Below are positions 1 to 7,164 of a stretch of 32,000 nt of DNA, one piece after another; the stretch's first letter is position 1, and each line of letters begins with the position of its first letter. The stretch spans positions 6,630,001 to 6,662,000 of the forward strand of contig NC_008312.1 in the NCBI RefSeq assembly GCF_000014265.1, given 5' to 3'. The stretch is from Trichodesmium erythraeum IMS101. Lineage in GTDB: Bacteria; Cyanobacteriota; Cyanobacteriia; Cyanobacteriales; Microcoleaceae. The notes beneath the pieces were generated by a model. It had not been told where the DNA came from. It did not search any database and was given only the letters and a program-made list of their open reading frames with translations. A program made the translations under genes and the position numbers.

Positions 1-1
1 G

Positions 2-622
2 TCGCCTAATGGAGGGGATATTCTGAATACAGGAGATACTTATAATATTACTTGGGATGATAATATTGGGGAGAATGTTCGTATTTATTTGTTTCAGGGT
101 AACAGGTATAAGCAGATGATAAGTAATTCAACTCCTAGTGATGGTAGTTACAGTTGGAAGGTACCGACAAATTTGACTACTGGTGGTAATTATCAAGTTG
201 CTATTCAAAGTGTTGAGAAGGGTAGTCTTTATGATTTTAGTAATAGCAATTTTAGTATTAAAACAGAAGATGTGAGTTCTGATAAATACTATTTTACTTA
301 TTATTATAATGTAGGTGATTCTTATAGTGGTTTTTTGTATGAAAAATCGGGTACATATTCTTCGGATGATATTTTAAGTGTTACTAGTGGTTTTTACCAG
401 ATAGATGATATTGAGAGTGGTGTAGGTAATAAAGATGATATTGGTGATGTTTACATTTCTTCTTACTATGATAGTAATTATACTGGGAATACTTACCAAC
501 CATTATTATCGCGTTATGGATGGCGGTCAGGTGGAAATGGTTTGGGTAGCGAGCGTGACTATTTAGGTTTCCCTAGTTATCAATCTTTTGACTCTAATAA
601 TGAGTTTAATGGTTTAATCTAG
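2..622 (+). CDS. 3' portion of a larger secreted/surface protein: Kre9/KNH-like (Ser-Thr-rich GPI-anchored family type) beta-sandwich module followed by a Y/S/G/D-rich tail
   Basis: Frame 2 is open from the window edge (SPNGGDILNTGDTYNITWDDNIGENVRIYLFQG...), so the TTG at 89 in the ORF track is probably internal. The pattern G..w..G....I.W......V.I.L.....I....DGSYSWKVP..L..G.NYQV.I....GSLYDFS.S.F.I matches that domain family from memory. Stop at 620-622. Confidence 0.6.
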   Translation, partial: SPNGGDILNTGDTYNITWDDNIGENVRIYLFQGNRYKQMISNSTPSDGSYSWKVPTNLTTGGNYQVAIQSVEKGSLYDFSNSNFSIKTEDVSSDKYYFTYYYNVGDSYSGFLYEKSGTYSSDDILSVTSGFYQIDDIESGVGNKDDIGDVYISSYYDSNYTGNTYQPLLSRYGWRSGGNGLGSERDYLGFPSYQSFDSNNEFNGLI

Positions 623-639
623 GGGTTTAAATGTTAAGT

Positions 640-674
640 CCTAGGAGGGGAGCTGACTCTTAATCCCTCCTGGG
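640..674 (+). terminator. Stem-loop just after the stop of the 2-622 CDS (cctaggaggg / ccctcctggg, 9 of 10 bp, 15-nt loop); no clean U-tract
   Basis: Inverted repeat read directly: 640-649 pairs with 665-674. The downstream sequence is only moderately T-rich, so terminator function is uncertain. Confidence 0.3.
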
Positions 675-799
675 ATGGGGATTTGGATATGTTTGTTTCT
701 TGATTTTTTCTTCTGGTAGACTATGGTAGGAAGGTTTTGGTTATGGGGATATGGTTTTTTTATTTGAAAGTCTCTTGAGGCTTTTTTTGTCGGTTTAAT

Positions 800-3268
800 T
801 TTGGTTTTGGCGATCGCTTTCCTATTCTTTTTTTTTGTTGAATAAATAATCATGTGTATGGGCGTGTTTGGCCTTATATTCATAGTTTATCAATTTTTTT
901 CAAAAGTCGCAACCCCTATACCTCTTTTTTTTTTTGAGCTCCACAGGATGAAAAATCTCGGTACAGTAAAGCAGCGCTTTGAATATTAGTTGATCAGCTC
1001 TATACCTCTTTTTTTTTCGGGGCTCCACAGGATGAAAAGTCTGGGTTCTGGGTAAAGTAAGTCAGCACTTTGAATACTAGCCTACCAGCTCTAATTTATT
1101 GATGATTTTTTGATGAGCTTCTTCTTAGACTTGCTTGCTTTGGTTTTCTTCAAGAGCGATCGCTTTCCTATTCTCTTTTTTGTGTTGAATAAATAATCAT
1201 CCGTATAGGCGTGCTTCCCCTTATATTTATAGTTTATCAATTTTTTTCAGAACTTGCAACTCCTATACCCCTTTTTTTCTTGAGCTCCACAGGATGAAAA
1301 ATCTCGGTACAGTAAGGCAGCACTTTGAATATTGGTTTGTCAGCTCTAATTTATTGATGATTTTTGTGATGAGCTTCTTCTTAGACTTGCTTGTCTTGGT
1401 TTTCTTCAAGAGCGATCGCCTTCCTATTCTCTTTTTTTTTGTTGAATAAATAATCATGAGTATGGGCGTAGTTACCCTTATATTCATAGTTTATCAATTT
1501 TTTTCAAAAGTCGCAACCCCTATACCTCTTTTTTTCGGAGCTCCACAGGATGAAAAGTTTGGGTAAAGTAAAGCAGCGCTTTGAATATTAGTTGCAATTC
1601 CCATACCTCTTTTTTTCGGAGCTTTACAGGATGAAAAGTCTGGGTAAAGTAAGTCAGCACTTTGAATACTAGCCTACCAGCTCTAATTTATTGATGATTT
1701 TTGTGATGAGCTTCTTCTTAGACTTGCTTGCTTTGGTTTTCTTCAAGAGCGATCGCTTTCCTATTCTCTTTTTTTTTGTTGAATAAATAATCATGAGTAT
1801 GGGCGTGTTTACCCTTATATTTATAGTATATCAATTTTTTTCAAAAGTCGCAACCCCTATACCTCTTTTTTCGGAGCTCCACAAGATGAAAAATCTCGGT
1901 ACAGTAAAGCAGCACTTTGAATATTAGTTGATCAGCTCTAATTTATTGATGATTTTTTGATGAGCTTCTTCTTTTTTTTTTCAGAGCTCCGCAGGATGAA
2001 AAATCTCAGTACAGTAAAGCAGTACTTTGAATATTAGTTGCAACTTCTACCCCTCTTTTTTTTCGGAGCCCCACAGGATGAAAAATCTGGGTACAGTAAA
2101 GCAGTACTTTGAATATTAGTTGCAACTTCTAGACCTCTTTTTTTTCCGGAGCCCCACAGGATGAAAAATCTGGGTACAGTAAAGCAGCACTTTGAATATT
2201 AGTTGATCAGCTCTAATTTATTGATGATTTTTGTGATGAGCTTCTTCTTAGACTTGCTTGCCTTGCTTTTCTTCAAGAGCGATCGCTTTCCTGCCCTCTT
2301 TTTTTTGTTGAACAAATAATCATGTGTATGGGCGTGCTTCTCCTTATATTCATAGTCTATCAATTTTTTTCAGAAGTTGCAACTCCTATACCTCTTTTTT
2401 TCTCGAGCTCCACAGGATGAAAAATCTCGGTACAGTAAAGCAGTACTTTGAATGCTAGTGGCAACTTCTAGACCTCTTTTTTTTCAGAGCTCCGCAGGAT
2501 GAAAAATCTCAGTACAGTAAAGCAGCACTTTGAATATTAGTTGATCAGCTCTAATTTATTGATGATTTTTGTGATGAGCTTCTTCTTAGACTTGCTTGTC
2601 TTGGTTTTCTTCAAGAGCGATCGCTTTCCTGTCCTCTTTTTTTTGTTGAATAAATAATCATGCATATAGGCGTGCTTCTCCTTATATTCATAGTCTATCA
2701 ATTTTTTTCAGAAGTCGCAACCCCCATACCTCTTTTTTTTTCAGAGCTCCACAGGATGAAAAATCTGGGTAAAGTAAAAAAAAGCAGCACTTTGAATATT
2801 AGTTGCAACCCTAGACCTCTTTTTTTCGGAGCTCCACAGGATGAAAAATCTCGGTAAAGTAAAAAAAAAAGCAGCACTTTGAATATTAGTTTGTCAGCTC
2901 TAATTTATTGATGATTTTTTTGATGAGCTTTTTCTATGACTTGCTTGCTTTGGTTTTCTTCAAGAGCGATCGCTTTCCTGTCCTCTTTTTTTTGTTGAAT
3001 AAATAATCATGCATATAGGCGTGCTTCTCCTTATATTCATAGTCTATCAATTTTTTTCAGAAGTTGCAACTCCTATACCTCTTTTTTTTTCTCGAGCTCC
3101 ACAGGATGAAAAATCTCGGTAAAGTAAGTCAGCACTTTGAATACTAGCCTACCAGCTCTATGATGATTTTTTGATGAGCTTCTTCTTAGACTTGCTTGCT
3201 TTGGTTTTCTTCAAGAGCGATCGCTTTCCTATTCTCTTTTTTTTGTTGAATAAATAATTATGTGTATG
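800..3268. repeat. Compound tandem array A: 8 long modules (~190 bp, each with one HIP1 GCGATCGC site) interleaved with 14 short modules (~75-85 bp, core GAGCTCCACAGGATGAAAAATCT(C/G)GGTA(C/A)AGTAAAGCAGCACTTTGAATATTAG)
   Basis: HIP1 sites lie at 810, 1156, 1412, 1749, 2279, 2617, 2966 and 3217, with spacings of 251-530 bp. The spacing depends on whether 1, 2 or 4 short modules separate them. Short-module cores start near 948, 1024, 1285, 1541, 1621, 1875, 1985, 2068, 2150, 2406, 2487, 2745, 2830 and 3095. An internally deleted long module lies at about 1931-1980. Confidence 0.95.
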
Positions 3269-3324
3269 GGAGAAGAACCCCTAATGCTTCAGCTCTATCA
3301 TCAGCTATTGATCTAACACCGAGA

Positions 3325-3370
3325 AAACCTAAAGCCTAAAACCTAACGCCTAAAACCTAATGCCTATTTT
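3325..3370. repeat. Short tandem repeat, about 3 copies of a 14-nt unit GCCTAAAACCTAA(C/T)
   Basis: Read directly: aaacctaaa gcctaaaacctaac gcctaaaacctaat gcctatttt. Confidence 0.8.
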
Positions 3371-3460
3371 GAAGAACTGATAATTTTGTCATTTTTTTAC
3401 TTAAGGCTTTTGTCATCTGTCTCAGATTTAAGACATTTGACATTTAGTTCTAAAAAATTT

Positions 3461-3477
3461 TTCCCGCGGAGCGGGAA
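3461..3477 (-). terminator. GC-rich hairpin (TTCCCGC-GGA-GCGGGAA) 40 nt downstream of the vWA-FGE stop; on the minus strand it is followed by AAAATTTTTT
   Basis: Perfect 7-bp stem with a 3-nt loop, read directly. It could be an intrinsic terminator, or alternatively a DGR-type target-site hairpin (see findings). Confidence 0.5.
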
Positions 3478-3484
3478 GTAAAGA

Positions 3485-3515
3485 ACAAGAGGGCAAGAGG
3501 GCAAGAGGGCAAAGG
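3485..3515. repeat. Microsatellite-like repeat, about 3.5 copies of GCAAGAGG, between the stop codon and the hairpin
   Basis: acaagagggcaagagggcaagagggcaaagggc read directly. Confidence 0.85.
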
Positions 3516-3516
3516 G

Positions 3517-6105
3517 CTATTCAAAAGTCCTGGGGGGGAAACTCACAAGACGAAAACCAATATAGAAGTTGTCCGCCTCGTCCGAGATACAGTAGGAGCG
3601 GGACGCAGAGCGACACCTCCAAGGATAGATGATCCAGGAGCCGCCACGAAGTACTTTTATACTATTTTTATTACTATTTTTATTACTGTTGATTCTAGCA
3701 CTTCCATCTGTAGGAGCTCCTACATAATTATTATACCTGTCGTCAGCACACCATTCATAAACGTTTCCGTGCATATCATATAAACCAAAAGCATTTGGTG
3801 GAAATTTACCTACAGGAGTTGTTTGGTTTCTATCTTCTCCTTTTGGCCCGTCGCCGTAAGTATCGTTGCCATTATAGTTAGCTAACTCAGGTGTTATGGT
3901 TTCTCCAAAGTAGAATGGTGTACTCGTTCCTGCACGACAAGCATATTCCCATTCGGCTTCACTGGGTAACCTGTACTTTCTTCCTGTTAGTTTTGATAGT
4001 CTTTTACAAAATTCTACTGCTTGGTTCCAGTTTACCTGCTCCACTGGTCTCTGCCATCTATCTATACTTTCGTATGGTTTAAAATATGATGGCTCTGGGT
4101 CTAGGTCTCGTTCTACTTTTATGTCTGTTCGAGTGGCGATCGCTTTCCACTGTCCTTGAGTTACTGGATATTTGCCCATAAAAAAGGAAGGAACAGTTAC
4201 CTGATGTTGGGGCCGTTCATCATCTTCGCTATCCTCTTCATTTTCAGGAGAACCCATGGTAAAAGTACCACCAGGAATATAAACCATTTCTAGCTCTACC
4301 TTTTCTCGAAGACTTTCTTTAAAGTATCGGGCAGAGTTAATATCTTCCTTAATAATTTCTCCTTTTTGGTTGACTTTGGGAGTTTTATACTCATACTTAA
4401 AAACCTCGATATCTGAGGGAAAAAATATTCCACCTGTTTCTAAGTTTTCAACAAAAGCTGTATAGTCTCCCCCTAGTTCTTTTAAGATATTAAATCCAAT
4501 TTCGGCAAAAGCTGGCACAGTTTCTTCCGTATTTGTAGGTAGTTTTAATAAGGCTACAAATTCTTTCATTGACTTCCCAAAATGCTCTTTTAAATATTGA
4601 GAAACTGCATCAAAAACTTTTTGAGAATCACTGACTGGAGCACTTTTTAATAAGATATTTCTAATTTTTTCGTCTACAAATTTATATTCTACTAATTCTG
4701 AGTTTGTGTCAGGAGTAATTTCTTGGGTTGGCTTTAATAAACCTCCTAAAAATACTTCGGCTGTATGAATAGGTAAAGCTTGTGATAAAAGTTTTGCTTG
4801 AATTATTCTGACTACGGGAAGGCATATCATTGGTGCGGCAGATAATAAGCTTGCTAATTTTCTGGCTATAGGAGAAGCGTTCATTCTAAAACGATGAACT
4901 CTTTTTTCTGGGTTTAATTTTTCAATTTTATTTTCTGGTAAATTTTCAGATTTTAGGTGAAGTTCATTTGGCAAAAGAAAGCCTGATACTAATGCTTCGG
5001 GTTTACCTATTAACATTTGACTCCAAACTTTTGCTAGTTCTGGTTGGAGAGTTAATATGGGAATTTTTATTCCTTGTTCTAATAAGAGATTTCTCCATAA
5101 CAAAAATTCTTTAATAATCAAGTTTTTGTTGCTATTTCCTGGTACTAAATTTTGTAGTTGAACTGAGGATCCTATTCTTAAACCTGTTCTTCTCCACATC
5201 CAGTCTGGTAACATTTGTAAAATTGCTAATGGTTGGTATTCTCCCCATTCTCGTAAGGTTGATAGTATTGAACCGTCATGCCAAAAGGGTGCAATACAAT
5301 CACTTACTATTAATATTAAACGACGACCTGTTCTGTCTATTAATTCTTGAGTTTTAGGGAAAGTTTTTTGTTTTCCTATTCCTGCTGTTAGTAAAATTTT
5401 ATCTGAGTTTTTTTGATTTTTTTGAGTGTATTTTTGTTTTTGAATTGCTGCTAATTCTTGAGGGTATAGTCGGCATATTTTTACTTCTCGAAAGATGCCA
5501 TAATTTTTGAGGAGTTGTTTTAATTCTTTGATGGTGTGTTGCCATAAAGTCATTGATTTATATTTGTCTATGACTAAAACTAGGTCTAACCAAGGTTCGG
5601 GTTCTGATTTTAATATTGGAATACAAATACCGCTTTTGGCTGTTTGGTTTACGGTTTCTATTTCGTCTAAGGTTGTTTTTTTTGGGGAGTTTACTTTTTG
5701 CATTAGAGGTTGTAATGCTTTAGCGAATTCTAATGGTTTTGGTATTGAGGGGGCGTCGGGTATTCTTAAGGGTAAGTTTTTTTGAGTGTCTATTTTTTGT
5801 TTGGTGTTATCTCTAATGTCTAAATAAATAAGGGTTGTTTTTTGGGGAGTTTTAGGATGTGGGGTTGATGTTATTTTTTTAGGGGTATGGGGGGGTGAGT
5901 TGGGATGGATGTTTGGTTTTTTCTTATTTTGATTATCAATGTTTGTTTGGGTTTTGGTTGATTTTTTGGTTGGTATTAGTTCTTGGCGTTTTAATGATAA
6001 CCATAATATTTCGGCTATTTCTCTTCCGGTAAATTCTAGGTCTATACCTAAAGTTTTGATTAGTTTTTCAATTTTTTGTTGTTGATTATTATTGGGAGAT
6101 TTCAT
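3517..6105 (-). CDS. Multidomain protein: SAV_2336-like N-terminal helix, P/T/K-rich linker, vWA-like domain with a degenerate MIDAS motif, helical middle region, and C-terminal formylglycine-generating-enzyme (FGE-sulfatase/CLec) domain
   Basis: The N-terminus has REIAEILWLSLKRQ, the ELADALWLA-type motif of vWA partners of MoxR ATPases. The vWA-like core has LDLVLVIDKYKSMTLW, then RRLILIVSDCIAPFWHDGSI, then PLAILQMLPDWMWRRTGL. FGE hallmarks are MVYIPGGTFTMGSP, YRLPSEAEWEYACRAG, GLYDMHGNVYEWCAD and LRGGSW...GFRLV. The MIDAS reads D-K-Y-K-S instead of DxSxS. Confidence 0.85.
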   Translation of the reverse strand: MKSPNNNQQQKIEKLIKTLGIDLEFTGREIAEILWLSLKRQELIPTKKSTKTQTNIDNQNKKKPNIHPNSPPHTPKKITSTPHPKTPQKTTLIYLDIRDNTKQKIDTQKNLPLRIPDAPSIPKPLEFAKALQPLMQKVNSPKKTTLDEIETVNQTAKSGICIPILKSEPEPWLDLVLVIDKYKSMTLWQHTIKELKQLLKNYGIFREVKICRLYPQELAAIQKQKYTQKNQKNSDKILLTAGIGKQKTFPKTQELIDRTGRRLILIVSDCIAPFWHDGSILSTLREWGEYQPLAILQMLPDWMWRRTGLRIGSSVQLQNLVPGNSNKNLIIKEFLLWRNLLLEQGIKIPILTLQPELAKVWSQMLIGKPEALVSGFLLPNELHLKSENLPENKIEKLNPEKRVHRFRMNASPIARKLASLLSAAPMICLPVVRIIQAKLLSQALPIHTAEVFLGGLLKPTQEITPDTNSELVEYKFVDEKIRNILLKSAPVSDSQKVFDAVSQYLKEHFGKSMKEFVALLKLPTNTEETVPAFAEIGFNILKELGGDYTAFVENLETGGIFFPSDIEVFKYEYKTPKVNQKGEIIKEDINSARYFKESLREKVELEMVYIPGGTFTMGSPENEEDSEDDERPQHQVTVPSFFMGKYPVTQGQWKAIATRTDIKVERDLDPEPSYFKPYESIDRWQRPVEQVNWNQAVEFCKRLSKLTGRKYRLPSEAEWEYACRAGTSTPFYFGETITPELANYNGNDTYGDGPKGEDRNQTTPVGKFPPNAFGLYDMHGNVYEWCADDRYNNYVGAPTDGSARINSNKNSNKNSIKVLRGGSWIIYPWRCRSASRSYCISDEADNFYIGFRLVSFPPRTFE

Positions 6106-6343
6106 AAGAAAGAATAAGGGGTAGGATAATTAAATAGTGGAATAATAGTGAAATAATTTTAAGTTTGGTTTAGGTGAGCAGTTTGTTTGGTTTCAGGAGT
6201 ATTTAAGGTAAAAGTAAGAATATTAATATTGCTGTTTAATGTTTATTTTTTTAGTTTTGTTTTGATGGCAATTTTAAGTTTGTTACTATTACTATTATTT
6301 TTATTATTATATGATTTTAGTTATAGTGGCAAATATCATAAAT

Positions 6344-6481
6344 AATGAAAATATTTTAATATACTTTTATGGCTATAAAGTAATAATTTAAATGAATCAA
6401 TATTCTAGTTCTAATGAAAATCCTTTAATATACTTTTATGGCTATAAAGTAATAATTGAAATGAATCAATATTCTAGTTCT
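6344..6481 (+). repeat. Tandem duplication of 2 x 69 bp (66/69 identical) covering the mtnB 5' leader and start codon
   Basis: Copy 1 is 6344-6412 and copy 2 is 6413-6481. Each contains ATGAATCAATATTCTAGTTCT. The codon before the ATG is TAA in copy 1 and GAA in copy 2, so both ATGs (6392 and 6461) are in frame. Confidence 0.9.
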
Positions 6482-7150
6482 GTGGTTACTAAGGAAAAAC
6501 AATGGTATCAAAGTGATACTGATAAGTTGGTCTGCGAGCTCTGTCGACACTTCTACAACTTGGGCTGGGCTAGTGGTACTGGTGGGGGCATTTCCATCCG
6601 TGACGAAGATGGGATCCACATTACTCCATCGGGGGTGCAGAAGGAACGGATATCCCCGGATGATGTGTTTCTCCTGGATGCTAGGGCACTTGATGGTGCA
6701 AAAGTTATACGGCCAGCGGCTAACTCTAACTTACGTCTGAGCGAGTGTACCCCTCTATTTATGGCTGCTTACCGACTGCGGAAGGCTGGGGCGGTTCTTC
6801 ACAGCCATTCGATATGGGCTATGTTGGCTGGACGTCTGTGCTCCCCTAATGGTGAGCCTGGGGTTTTTCGTACCCGCAACCTAGAGATGCAAAAGGGTTT
6901 GCGTGGACGTGGCTGTTTTGAAACAGTTGAGGTCCCTATTATCTCGAATACTACCCGTGAGTCCCAGCTTACAGATAGCCTGACGGCGGCTATTGAGGAT
7001 AACCCGGATGTGGATGCTGTGATCGTTGCTGGTCATGGGGTCTATGTCTGGGGTGAAAATTGGGCCCATGCGAAGACTCAGGCTGAATGCTATGACTATT
7101 TGTTCCGTGCGGCAGTAGAGGGGTATCGCTTAGGTTTACCTATCCATTAG
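6392..7150 (+). CDS. mtnB: Methylthioribulose-1-phosphate dehydratase (class II aldolase/adducin fold, MtnB/APIP type); alternative start at 6461
   Basis: Close resemblance, from memory, to eukaryote-type MtnB/APIP: LCRHFYNLGWASGTGGGISIR, ITPSGVQKERI, SECTPLFMAAY, AGAVLHSHS, GHGVYVWGENW..AKTQAECYDYLF. The start is ambiguous because of the 69-bp duplication. Confidence 0.85.
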   Translation: MNQYSSSNENPLIYFYGYKVIIEMNQYSSSVVTKEKQWYQSDTDKLVCELCRHFYNLGWASGTGGGISIRDEDGIHITPSGVQKERISPDDVFLLDARALDGAKVIRPAANSNLRLSECTPLFMAAYRLRKAGAVLHSHSIWAMLAGRLCSPNGEPGVFRTRNLEMQKGLRGRGCFETVEVPIISNTTRESQLTDSLTAAIEDNPDVDAVIVAGHGVYVWGENWAHAKTQAECYDYLFRAAVEGYRLGLPIH

Positions 7151-7164
7151 AGGAGGGAGCTGGG

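Noticed and set aside
641-2857. ORF-track entries inside array A (641-883 minus, 1263-1487 minus, 2660-2857 plus)
   Set aside because: They are products of repeat DNA. The reading frames are not maintained between repeat copies because the homopolymer T/A runs vary in length. The predicted proteins are low-complexity K-rich or arbitrary, and no RBS is present. The separate short plus-strand mini-ORF is reported as a low-confidence finding instead.
3656-3695. The 12-nt tandem repeat encoding NSNKNSNKNS just upstream of RGGSW, as a functional element
   Set aside because: It is a short in-frame slippage repeat in an AT-rich loop region. Nothing beyond low complexity can be supported.
3461-6105. 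A complete DGR cassette (template repeat plus reverse transcriptase) in this window
   Set aside because: I found no second copy of the 3550-3648 segment on either strand, and no ORF with reverse-transcriptase motifs. Only the target-like VR signature is reported.
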